Below, in pieces: positions 36,108 to 48,628 of a DNA stretch of 64,000 bases (positions within the stretch are counted from its first letter, which is position 1; each line of letters begins with the position of its first letter). Source of the stretch: Podarcis melisellensis (Eukaryota); the NCBI GenBank assembly GCA_964234715.1, contig OZ174290.1; one strand, given 5' to 3'. A model generated the notes under the pieces. The model saw only the letters and a list, made by a program, of their open reading frames with translations. It searched no databases and was not told the DNA's origin. The translations under genes and the position numbers were made by a program.

Positions 36108-36146
36108 CTATAACCAATCTCATAACATGAGCTACTGACCTTGATG
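36108..36146 (+). other. MSI2: Candidate 39-nt stop-containing microexon of MSI2; would add AITNLIT*
   Basis: Acceptor ttccttactgtcctttatacttgccAG (36106-36107) and consensus donor ATG|GTGAGT at 36147; in-frame TGA 36128-36130. No transcript evidence. Confidence 0.5.
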
Positions 36147-38566
36147 GTGAGTGTGAGCAGTTATGTTCTTGTTGTTTTCTCTCTTGCTTGGTTGGGGCTG
36201 CTGTGAGAGAGGGTGTCTCTGAGGCATTCTTTCCGGCCTCTCTTACACTGGGACGTGCACTCCTCTCAAACACTCTTCTGAGCACGCTCAGCAGGAAGGT
36301 TTGTCCACACCTATTAATCCTCTCTCTGTGTCCAGCTTCTTGTTAGTAGCAGCTGGTTGCATGTTTTTTTTGCTTGTTCAGATGAAACGGTTTAAGAAAC
36401 GACTCATATCCAACTCTTGAAAAATGTCTCTCTCTCTCTCTTTCTCTCTCTTTTTAAAAATATATATTTATTTTTGTTTATTTTAGTACACTTTCTCTCT
36501 TTTGGTTTTTTTAAAAATTACTTTCCCTTACTTAATAAAACAAAACACCTGTTGTTCGTGAAACATCTCACATCTCCCCTTGCCTGTTCTTAGAGTGTTA
36601 TGTATCTGTGGGACTGAACTAAATGCATGCACTTGTCGTAGTTGTAACCGGTAGCAGTAGACGTAGTTGTAGAACATGCATTGTTGAGTTGATATTATAG
36701 GTTCTTGTCGGCTCGAAAGAGCATGGCAGTTGCAGTGTAGCCGCGGTTTGATTGGAAGTGTAGGTCAACCTGTGTAGAGCAATGCTGAACACCTGGATGC
36801 ATAGTACAGTGATCATTATCTCCCAAACTTGGGCCTACCAAATTCAATCAGGACACTTTATTATTCTGGAAGGGCCCTTGGTGGTCTGGCGGGGGGTAGT
36901 CAATTGACCGTTGTAAAAGAAAAAAAGCGACCCTTCTTTTAATTCTAAATACACTTACTTGTGAGTAGTTCCCACTTAAGCCAATGGGAGTTACTCATAT
37001 GTAAGTGCTTTATGATTTGAGGCCAAGTTTAATTTCAGCAAGCATTGTACACTCAAGGCTTCCTACAGAACATTAACCTTCTTAATATTCTGCATTAGCG
37101 CTCCGAATCCTTTTTGGAGGCCTTAAACCAGGCCGGCAGAGCAGGAAAGCCGTCCATTGGAGACCTAAGTCCTGGAGAGTATGTACAATGACTAACCGTC
37201 AGAGTATGCAGAGGCACAAGGGAATTGGTTTTAGATCCTAAAGTGCAAATTTGGCTACGCCACAAACTTGCCACTGTTTGTATTCATTCCCACATTGCCA
37301 AGTTTTAGGATAATGTTTTGGTTTTTCCTCCCCGCAAGCACTACTGAACATTTCATGAACAGTCAATATTAGGTGTCCCAAGGCAAGTCTCATCATCTTC
37401 CTCATCAAACCAGCAAAATCGTCTTTTGCTTCTTCTCCCTCCCTGCATTTCTTTCTTTCTTTCTTTTTTGCACCTAGTTTTCTGTACTCAGCTTCTCAAA
37501 ATTGTTTTCCAAATGAGCAGCAGTGGGTAGGGTTGGCAGCTGGTAATTCAAGTCCTGAATGCCACATTACATTTGGTTTGTGGCTGCTACTGTTTTGTCA
37601 GCACATATCCTGCTGAGAGTAGATTGCGTACATCACCGTTCCCCTCCCACCCAGTTCGACATCTTGCCTGAAGATGCACTGCTGGTTTGGAGTGTGTTCA
37701 ATTTACTGAGCATGCTCAGTGTAGACGGTTAAATCCAAGCAGTTAACTCAGCATATGTTACTGGAAGAAATAAGGTACGCTAAATATTGTTTCATTGTGC
37801 AGTTAAGAATATTGTTCTAACAGATTGTAAAACACACAGACTCCCCCCCCTCCAAATGTTGTTGACCCAGATGACGAGTACATACCCTTCATTGATTGAA
37901 GGTGCCCCCCTTCCCTTATTGCGCCAGTATAGTTGTAAATCTTACGCACTCGAGGTATGATTATATAACTTGTCTCTTAAGCAGCAAATCTACTACAAGG
38001 AATGGGGCCCACTGTTAAATGTGTGATGCAGGAAAATTAGATGGGTAACGTATCTAAAAGTTAGCAAAGCGGAAAATTGCATGGGAAGTAGCAATCCACG
38101 TCGTACACTTAATTCCAGTACTTTCAAATATTTAGTCTTGTCATTAAGCACCTCTCTTGTTTGCAAATTGCAGTAATAAAAAAAGAAAAAAGATGGGAGC
38201 AACAGTTGGTTTGTGTACACAGAATGATGATGGGGAAATTTGTAGCAACATGTTGGAACAGTTTGATAGCCACTTGTGTTTTCTTCACAGTCCAAGGGAT
38301 AGACCTTGAAGCAAGCCCTAGATGCTTAAATGTATATATATTACTGTCTAAAAAGTGTATAACATTTAATCCAAGTCATGTAGTCAGAATGTTAACAAGC
38401 ACCACCTGGGGGATAGCAAGTGGTTTTCGAATGTCTTTCTCCTCTGAAAGACCCAATAATTACAACTGGAGCCCTAGACAGCTGATGCAATAGAAAGAGA
38501 AAATCTTAATGCATCTTAATGCACCTACTAATTTTCACTCTATAGTGTGGTAAAAAGAAGATGCAT

Positions 38567-38644
38567 CTATAAATGCTTCTATTTGCCTAGCCCTATAAAT
38601 GCTTCTATTTGCCTAGCCCTATAAATGCTTCTATTTGCCTAGCC
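38567..38644. repeat. Perfect tandem repeat, 3 x 26 bp (ctataaatgcttctatttgcctagcc)
   Basis: Units at 38567-38592, 38593-38618, 38619-38644. Confidence 0.95.
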
Positions 38645-39774
38645 AGCAGAATGAGACTGGAATGATTTGTCCATAAGTTCAGAGCAGGAGGGTTATCCAG
38701 TAGACCAAATAGTAAGCTAAGGCTTAGAAAGGGTCTTTTAATGTAAAGAACAACACTACAACCTAGTATGCCCTTCCCTGCCTTGTGCTTCCCATAGTAG
38801 GTTGTATCCAGAGATAACGGTGTCCATTGGTTTTCTTCATTCCACCACCGTATCTATGCTCTCCTTTAAAAGCAAGCACTTGAACTAGCATATATAACTT
38901 ATAGCACTTTGACATATTTGAATGGCTTTTGCGTCCCCCTGCACTTCCATTGCCTAGTTCTACTTTTCCCCTTTTGGACCACCAGAAAAAAAATTATTAT
39001 CCTGGTTCCTTAGGCATGGTTCCCCCCAGACTGGACGGTCCTCAGCTCCTGTCAATTTCCCCACATTTAAAAGCTGGTCTGCTAACTTTTAAGTGCCAGC
39101 TATCTGGTTCAAATGGAGACGATCCTTTTCATTCTGGCCTGGCTTGTCCCTAAACATCCCCCAGTGCCTAAGAAACCCAAAGCCCTCCCCCTGATGCCAC
39201 GGTCTGATCCAGACATTGAGACTCCTCAGCTCAGCCTGCACACAGCCTCTTCTTTACCTGTCCCACAGAGAGTCATGCATGCGACTCAGGTGGCACATCC
39301 CATTTCTCCACTTGAGGCATAATGGGAATGCGCTGCCCTTCAAGCCTTCCTTACTTGTGTGGCATGGTGGCAACCTGCAGAGCGCCGGCTTCTGGCAAGG
39401 TCTCGCCAAAATCTTAGGAGATCTCATGCTGTCCAAGAGCTACCTCCTGAGATCTTGCCAGCTGCCGGTGCTGCTTTTCTACTGCACTGGGTGCTGCCTC
39501 TTGGGCTTCTACCACTCAAGGCAACTATCTGACTCCAGTCAGTCCGGCCCTGATGTGGCTCTTTATGTAGTACGCTGGAAAGCTTTCAAACCCCTGCTGG
39601 CTTTCTGCCTGCATGCCTGCTGTTGCTACATATTGAATTTGTTTACTTGAAAAATTGTGCTTTGATAGATAAAAAGGTGAGACATTTTGCTGCCCTGGTG
39701 TTCTCGCCCTGCTGTCAAACTCACTTGTTACCTTGATGCTTTGTCACTGGGGCTCCTCTCTTGCTCAAAGTGCA

Positions 39775-39950
39775 GTGTGGCTCTTTAGTAGAACACATAC
39801 TCTGGATGCAGAAAGTCCCAGGTTAAATCCCAGGTAAGACTGGGAAAAGATGCTCCCCCTCAGTCTGAAACCACGGAGAACCTCTACCAATCAGCGTATA
39901 TAGTCCTGAACTAGATAGGCCAATGTGTTGGCGTAAGGCACCTTTCTCTA
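39775..39950 (+). mobile_element. Squamate tRNA-derived SINE (decayed)
   Basis: Same layout as 22601-22765. Confidence 0.7.
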
Positions 39951-41720
39951 TTCTGTGCTTGAAAAAGGGGAGTTTGCTTTGGCTAATTTCATTGAGGATT
40001 GCTGCTTGTTTGAGAATTCTTTAAACGCTGCAGGGAAACTGTCCATGGATCCCATTCCTCAATCAGCCAATCAACCTTCTTTTTAAAAGGGTTGCAGCAA
40101 GGCATTGTGAGCCTGGGTGACACATCAGTAGAGAAAAATAAATTGCAACATGTGCCATCACTAGGCCCCTGAAGGTTCCCTTCCCTTAAGTAGGTAGAGT
40201 GAGAGAAAGAATTCTAGTGATGCTGGTTTGCCCCTCCCTGTTATACGACAATTACTTTCCTGCAAGTAATGCTTTCCTGCATTATTTTTCAAAAAGAACT
40301 TAAAGCAGAATGATTTCCATTCAGCTTCTGGAGGTGCTCACTGGAGGAAAACCCCTACCATTATAGAAGTTGGATACCTGTGAGCCTATTCTGGGATGTC
40401 CACCTGCTCCCCATCCATTAATTTTCTTCATTCGAGGGCAGAATATTCTTTCTTAGTGAAGCACTCACTCTCCTGCACACTGAGGAGTTCTGTGAATGCT
40501 GCAGCCAAGTTCTGACTCTGGCTGCAGTAATTTTACTTGATTCTATTGTGGGTAAAATGTATTAGCTTTTAATCACTTATTTTGTAATAGAAAATCCAGG
40601 GCACTTGATAAATCATCTCCAGCGCAATTAGTGACCAGCTCAGGAGAGCAGGCTTAAGTACGGTATAAGTTAATCTGTAATGAATGTAGTCACTAACTTT
40701 TAATGGTCTTCTCAATCAGTGGAATTATTTTCAATGGGCAAACACTCTTCCACGGAACCCGCTCTGACTTGCAGGGTGCCTCACTTCACTCCTGTGATCC
40801 AAACAGACTAATCATGTGTTCAGAGGAAAGGGGGCTCTAAAAGGTTCTTTCGCTCCATGAATGAATTTTACTCTACTCTTGGCAAGCCCTGGAACAGGCA
40901 CTTCATGTAACTCAATTTTTCCCTGATGGAACAAAGCTGAAGAGTGAGGTCTTCTCTTTCTCTTTCCTGCAATCATTATCCATTTTCCATTATAATAGTC
41001 CCAGGAGGACTCTGGCAACAATCTAAAAGCTATTCAGGCACTTCTTCAGATATAGGCAGAAGCACAATGATGGAGAGCCAGGGTAGACCAAGTGTTGGAT
41101 CCATACCTCAAAAGACTTGGGTTCAAATCCCTCAGGACATTGGGGGATCAACTAAGGTAATGTTTGAACTCATGCAAGTTAAAACTTAGCAGGCCACACT
41201 TTATAGATTGGAAACCACTAGGGAACCACAGCATAGCTGCCCTGAGTCTTTCTGAGAGAGTGTCAGATACAAATAACTAGGTTTGTGAGATGGCAAACTG
41301 GTGTCTCTCAGTCTCAATTTCCTTAGGCTAAGAATAGGGATGCCTTACCTCAAAGAGATGCTAGAAGAATGAAAAAGATGAAGATTGGAAGACTCCTTGC
41401 ACATCCCAACAGTTTTGCATGCACAGTTATTAGTTTAACATGCCTTTTCTTTGCAGAACGCAATCCTCTGTGCATAAATGTTGCCCATGTGAATATGAGT
41501 GCGAGCTCACCTTTTTCCTGCTATTTTTCATATTAGCTCAGCAATGCAAGAGCTATATATTAGAGCCACAAATAATCTCCCCTCCCCTTCCGATGCAGAG
41601 TCATCATTTGTCACCTTTCTGCTTATTTCTTCCAGGACCATTGATAGTTCCTGGGTCCAAACAGTGCCTTCACACATTCAGGTTTTATTTATTGTCCGCA
41701 GCAAAGAGTAGCACCCTATT

Positions 41721-42087
41721 AAAGGTAAAGGTAAAGGACCCCTGACAGTTAAGTCCAGTTGTGAACGACTCTGGGGTTTTGGTGCTCATCTCGCTTTACT
41801 GGCCAAGGGAGCCAACGTTTGTCCTCAAACGGTTTTTCTGGGTCATGCAGCCAGCATGACTAAGCCGCTTCTGGCAAACCAGAGCAGCGCACAGAAACGC
41901 CGTTTACCTTCCCACCAGAGCGGTACCTATTTTTCTACTTGCACTTTGACGTGCTTTCGAACTGCTAGGTTGGCAGGAGCAGGGACCGAGCAACGGGAGC
42001 TCACCCCGTCGCGGGGATTTGAACCGCCGCCCTTCTGATTGGCAAGCCCTAGCTCATTGGTTTAGACCACAGCGCCACCCACGTCCC
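41721..42087 (-). mobile_element. Full-length Sauria SINE
   Basis: Highly similar to 8159-8523, same orientation. Confidence 0.93.
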
Positions 42088-43087
42088 AACCATAAAAATA
42101 TTGGGGAAACTTCAGGATCTTTTTTTAAAAAAAATACTGTTTTCAAGTTGTTGCCCTGTTTTACTATGTAAACCCATTTTAGAACTTTTTGCTGAAAAGC
42201 TGTATATCTAAACACCCCTAATAAATAATACCTAGTGGACCACAGTGCATTTCAACAAGTGACTTTTATCTTAAAACCATGCCTGGACAATGACCATTCT
42301 GACTTAAATGTGAGGTTAAGTCCTGGTTTTATTTTAATTTGCCTCTTTTTCATATCTGTAGCTGCACAAAAGGCCTCAATTTAAAATTAACAGGAACAAT
42401 AGCCTATTAATGTGTTACAGTGGGAGGCCAGAGTTTCAGTTGCCATAGCAATGGAGTTCGGCTCATTTGTTTTGTAGATGAATAATTACTACACAATTAG
42501 AGTAGGCTAAAAATAAAGGGTCCCTTTCTTCCCAGTCACTCATTAATATTAATAAAAGGCCTGTCCAGGCTGTGGTAAACAATTAATGCAAATCTGGCCA
42601 CCAGTGGTAAAAAGGTAGCAGTAAAAGACTCATTGCTAAAACGAGAGTGAAAAAGTAAGAGAGAATTATTCCGTTCCTTTGGATAAAAAAGGCAAATGAT
42701 TGGGAAATTATTCTATATTGACCCAGGATGAGTTGTATTGCTTATAATGGAATGGCCGCTAGGCTTCTGAATAGAGCTGGACAACAGATATATGAAGTTT
42801 TCAGAGTTAGTTCATATGGAGACAGGTGGCCCTTGAAGTATTTCAGTCCTGAGAAATAGAGAATATAGAAAGCACTGTTGCCATGAAGGGCATTTTACAT
42901 AGCAATATAAAAAAAGGCAGCAACCTGCCCTTAGCCACCCTTTCAGCAGCTTCCTCAGTCTTTGCTCTTCTGTTCTCTGTCCACCATCCTTGTGGCTGTG
43001 ACTTCGCATAAAGAACATCCTCTGTGTTGCAGGTTCCAAAATTTCATCATGATGAGCAACAACAGAATGTCCAGAGCCTCTCTTAGT

Positions 43088-43309
43088 TAGGGCTGCCGTA
43101 TTTCAAAAAGTAAAAATCCGGACACAAAAGTTGTTGAGCAAAATCACAAAAAAGAAAACCTGAGCTATTTTTAAGGAAATTTGCCAAAATCTACACTTAG
43201 GATGTGGGTTGCCATATGTCTGGATTTTCCCGGACATTACAGCAATTTCCTCCCAGGCACTGTTTACAAGGGCCAAACTCTGGCTATGTCCGGATATATG
43301 GCAGCCCTA
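43088..43309. mobile_element. hAT (Blackjack-like) MITE
   Basis: TIRs tagggctgcc / ggcagcccta; perfect TSD ctcttagt at 43080-43087 and 43310-43317. Confidence 0.9.
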
Positions 43310-46300
43310 CTCTTAGTGAAACTAACATAGACACTTTGTCTTCAACACAGCAAGCAAAGCAGGCAAAGAAAGATGAAGTATTTGGGTTTCAGATGAGGGA
43401 TCATATAGAGAGTAATGGCAAACAGATACCTGGCAGCAGTAATCAACCATGTGAAGGTCTAGAGCACATCAACTTAGCTTTCCTCTGCTGCCTTCTAACC
43501 CAGTGAAGACACTGACTGGGGAGATATTCCTTGGAAGCACCTTGGGCCTCACCTGGCACCTTCTTCCAGAAATCCACTTCACACTTTTTACCATGCTGTA
43601 TTCCACTGCATGCCACCACCAGCTCATTCCTCGCTTTATTAACTTGTGTTAAAGATCATGTAACCTCTTTGTTCTGCCCACTGTTTTCAGTGACTCAGTC
43701 ATGATCAGATAAGACATTCAAAAGATAAGTATTCTGAATATTCCTTTCTCCTCTTTATTCATTGGACGAGCTCCTTGGAGTCCAGACCGCTCTCAAATGC
43801 AGGTGTGAGATAAGGAGCACATGCTATATATTGTGGCTTCGTGAGTAGCTATTTTTAGTAATAAAAATTCACCATGATAAGAATATGACCAGCAAAACAC
43901 CAGCTTCCATTGCTGGAGGTGAAGAAGCTACACAGCAAAATGCTTTATGGTATAGTGGCATCAATCGTCATGCTGGCTAATGGCAGAAAAACAAAAAAGT
44001 GAAAATGAATAGCTCAGAAGTGGAACAGGTAATCAGTGGTTGAAGTTGCTGTCAAACATTGACTTCTTCCTTCTATTCCAAGAAACAAAATGGCTGACCA
44101 GTTGATTGGCATGGTCAACTATTTTGACAGGTTGCCTTGGAATCCCCAGCCTCTATGATTGTTGTCTTCTCTCTCCCCACCCCCCACTCAATAATAATAA
44201 TAATATCTGGACGAGATGTCAAAATATGGTGCAGGTTTTTCCGAGGGGATGGTTATCTTCTGCCCTCCAAAACTATGTAACAAAAAGAGAGAAAAATGTA
44301 GCACAGCATTTGAAAGGTCGACATTTGTTTGTTGTTAAGGATCTAATTAGAAGCATGAGAGGGAGCAGACTGGCTGCTTGCTTGGCTAATTAGTGACATG
44401 CACGAAGACCACTTTGAACTTCAAGGACACAGAGCTATTAGCACTTACATCAAAAATGGATTAAACTTCTGTGCTTTTGTAATGATTAAAGATGAGCCCC
44501 TCAAGTGGAAACTCTTTTGTCAAATGCTGCAAGAAGAACTGGCGCCCTGATTGCCGTTTCTCTTGGAGAAGCTTTGCAAGGCCTCGCGTGTGATGGCACT
44601 GGCCCCATCTGAAAATGACACTGTGTTTAATTCGCAATATGGGAGATTTTGATTAGGCTATAAATATTGATTGCTCATGAAACATCACAGCTAAGATGAG
44701 AAATGTATTTATTTGCCTCCATGAGCGAGTGCAGGATTTTATTTTGTGAGGGGTTTTTTTTATATACTTTGCTGTGTGTCAAGTATTTTGTTAATCTGTT
44801 CCCAATCACTTGTCGACAATCCTTTATCAGTGTGCAAGTTTAAACTCAGCTAAAACAGCTATTAAGGATGCAGTTGTTTCTAATATACTTATGGCTTTGG
44901 ACAGGTGGCTAACTTAGACGTCAAAGTGCCCCAGCCTGTCGCCATTTTAGTGGCTTTAAAGAAGTTGTCTAAATGCCTCATCTGTCTGACACGGCAAAAG
45001 AGCAATTCCCCCACACCCTCTCTACACTACAGTTGCTATGTCCCTAGCAGAACTTTGGGAAAGAGGAAATCCTTCCTATCTTACGACAAACCATCTTGAG
45101 GATAATACTGATGCAAGTTGAGAGGTGCACATCTTTCCTGCTCTCCTGAGTTTCATTCTGGCCTCTCCGTAGGCCACAACAGACAAGGCTTGTCAACCTG
45201 GAACAGGAGTATTTTTGGCCATTTCTACAATTCAGCACCATGTGATCTGTGCAGAACTCTTTGATGCACCATCTTCATATAGAAACCAGTCTCAAGAGAC
45301 AGCTCTTTTCTTAATCATATTCTCAACCTATCAGCAATATTTGCAAACTGCGCTTCACTGTATGTATTCTGGATTCAGTCTTTGCCAATGGTCCTCCATT
45401 CTGCTGTCCCATGTATCCTCTTGTTGATGCTGCTCTTAAGCTACAAATGCAACTGGTAACCCCACCACCCTTTCTGACCACAATATGCAGCAATAGATTT
45501 ATGGCATTTCTCCTGCATCCACTGACCCTTTTGAATTGTATGGATTTCAGTGGGATTTGATCTTGCTTAGCTGTCGCTGGCTTGTGTCCATATTCCACAA
45601 AGCAGGATGCTAAAGCCTGGAGATTGCAGCTCTTTTTATACATGCCATGGGGATTTAGCTTCTACAAATGTATCCGAATATCTTTTGAGCTATATCATGA
45701 ACCCAGCTGCACAATGGCTCTTTGAGCTGCATTTAATCTCCCTTGTGATTATGTTACCCAGTTATGTTACATGAAGCAATCAATATGTTCCAAAGCTTGC
45801 AGAGAGGAATGTTCTAACCTTTTGAACAGACTCTAAAATCCAGGTGGTCTTCATTTTGTACAGGGACACCAAGACTATTTCCTATTTAGAGCAACATCAT
45901 GGAAGTGACACCAGTAGCATAGTTAGATAATTTTAGGCTTACTAACCTTATACACGGACACACCTCTTAGATCTTAGGTTTAGTCATGTTGCATTTTGTA
46001 GCCCTCTTGCTCGTTTTGCTGATTGGGGCTCTGGTCATCTGCTCCAAAGTCCAATCCTGAGACCACCATCATGTAGCAGATGAGAGATTTAAGACTAGAA
46101 TATTTACAGGCCCTTCCAGCATGATGGATGTTTGCTTTTAGGCAGTGGGTGGGCAACCTGCAACCAAACCAGCCTAATGCATGTTGCCCTCCATCTCATC
46201 TCATGGAGCCCTTGGTCTAATGTCATGCTGGTGGGGAAAGTTGAAAGTTGAAAGAGGAGGTTTGGAGGAGGAAGAACCAGGGGAGAAAGCAGAGACAGAG

Positions 46301-47358
46301 GGAGAAAATGAAAGAAGGAGAAGAAAGGGATACTGCAGACCATGGGCAAGAGTGATCTGCCTCTCCCTGGTTGCCCATCGGGCAGGGGATGAGAAGGGGT
46401 GATAGAAAGAGAAAATGAGTGGTCCCTATGCACACACTTTGTATCTAGCTTCATCCACTGCTCTCTTTGGTTCTGCCACCACTAGCATTCAACACCCTCC
46501 CCAAGCTGACCCCCAAAGGAACGCAGCCCTCAATAGAACAAGGGCTCCTCACCTTTGTTGAAGGTGAAGAATGTACCCAGTTTTCTTCAAGTTGTTTCAA
46601 TGCCCTGCCCTGCTGCTGCTTAGCTCATACGTTTATAAAAAGAGACAACCCAGAGATGAGCAGATTTTAAAGAGTGTGTTCAGGTGGCAAAGTGGTACAC
46701 AGAGTGCCCCGTGATATTGCACTTTCCTGATACCTGGGAACCCCTTTTACCATTTTTTTCGAATGCCTATGGGCATCAATAGATGCTTAGCAAGGTAAAG
46801 GTTCAACTTGATTACCGGTATGTTTCAGAGAGGAAAATGTTTATTGTTTATTGTATTAGGGTTTTTTATTGTTTGTTGGTTTAGGTTTTCTTCATCTTGC
46901 AGTTAACTAATTCACAGTATTTTTGGTCAGAAAGAATCACTGCAATTATCCAATTTGATTTATTGTAGCAGGGGTTTCCAAAGCATCCTGCCACTGTTTT
47001 TATCCATTCTTAAGTTGATGAATTCTTCTGGTCAGTGGGTCAGCAGCAGTTCTCAACTTTCTAAGATTTGAAAGCACCACCAAATTTACATAAATGTGCT
47101 CTTAGTGGCATATCATCCTATACAGTTTGCTTTCAAAGACACTGAGCCCCATCTGCTTAAGAAATGCCTTTCTGCCCTGTGATCCAATCAGCATTCCAGT
47201 TTTGCAGGTCACTTGGCTAAAGCTTTAGAGAGTGACCTGCACAATTGGCATGATGACTGGGCAGTTTATAATCCCATGGCAGATTGCACAAACACAATCC
47301 CAAATGCCAGTTTCAACTAGACCTAAAATCTGAAGGCATCTGATGCAGCAGCCTTGCT

Positions 47359-47411
47359 GAAGCTAAGCAGGCCTGGCTCTCATTAGGGCCTGGATGGGAG
47401 ACTGACTGGGA
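47359..47411 (+). mobile_element. 5S rRNA-derived SINE head or 5S pseudogene fragment
   Basis: gaagctaagcagg.ctgg...ttag..cctggatgggagact..ctggga matches the 5S internal control region, degenerate. Confidence 0.7.
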
Positions 47412-48404
47412 CCTCAACATAAATCTCATTGAGTTCTATTGAAGAAAGACAGATTCAGATAAAAAAGAAAATCAGTCAGATCATCTTTGGGTAAAGTCTG
47501 ACAGTGTGGTATTATCTCCCCTGGGCAGGCGAGTCTTGTCTGTCTGTCTGTCTGTCTGTCTTGTATCCCACCTTAAAATGTAAGAAATGGTGCCTGCATG
47601 ATGTCTTAGAATAAGGCTTTCCATTGAGTAGTGTGTAGAAACATCTGGGGGTGTGCAGCTAGAATGTTTGCAGCAGGTGTTAGGGGAAATTATGACACAT
47701 TCTTCCTGAGTGTGCAACAAGGAAACCTTTGGTAAAGTTATTGCGGGCTTGCTTGGCAAAGCAACTCAGTCGCACTGGTCAGTCATGACCACTTCTGAGG
47801 AACTAGAGATTTAAGCAGCCCATCACTCCCTGAACATTATCCATGCTGGTTGGGGCTCATGGGAGTTGAAGTCCAGCAACATCTGGAGAGCCACAGAATC
47901 TTTGGTATCACCTGGCTTCCAGGACCAGGAAGATGCCGGTTTGCAGAGTTGTAGCTTGGCTCAAACTGCCTGCATTTCCCTCTTCCAGCCAGTCGGGGCT
48001 AGGTACTGGCCACAGGGCTCATGGCGATACCTGACCCTTGTCAATCACAGAAGGCACAATGGGACATTTTTTGCCAAAGTATTTTGGCGTTTCACACTTG
48101 TCTGTTTCTACTTGTTTACAAGCATTTCTAAACCACTTAATATTTAAAATCTCTGAACCATGTAGAAAATTGCAAACATAAAAACAGTGAAACTGTATAA
48201 TAAAAACAGATAAAACCAATTCTAGTCAAAACAGGGTCCAGTCATGTGTCAGGGAAACTCTAGGCAAGAGGAAGTGGCTGAAGCAACGTCTGGCAGAGGA
48301 AAGAGCAATCCATAAGGCAGAGGCAACAGTGGGGAACTATGATAGTCCGTATCGTATGGTGCCACAAGCCATTTCCCTCCAAATTGTCTATAAGTGTCCT
48401 TACA

Positions 48405-48628
48405 AGTCTCCATAGCAGCAGTCTTTCAGGTAACGTGGCCTAGGGTTGTCCAAGGCTTTATATGTTAATAGCAAGACTTTGAACATGACACAGACTCTAG
48501 CTGGCAGCCAGTCCTGGTCCCTCAGCAGAGGTGGAACATGTGTGCGTCCCGGTGCTCCAGTCAACAACCTGGCAGCTGCATTCTGCACTGCCTGTAGCTT
48601 CTCTGCCAATCTCGAGGGAAGCCCCACA
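48405..48628 (-). mobile_element. L2 LINE ORF2 fragment
   Basis: Minus ORF GLPSRLAEKLQAVQNAAARLLTG...WLP...FKVLLLTYKAL is the typical L2 ORF2 C-terminus. Confidence 0.9.

Noticed and set aside
38567-38644. CRISPR-like array
   Set aside because: Units are contiguous with no spacers and the DNA is vertebrate; it is a minisatellite.
8159-42087. Sauria SINE pair as an inverted pair promoting circular RNA
   Set aside because: Both copies are in the same (minus) orientation and cannot pair with each other.
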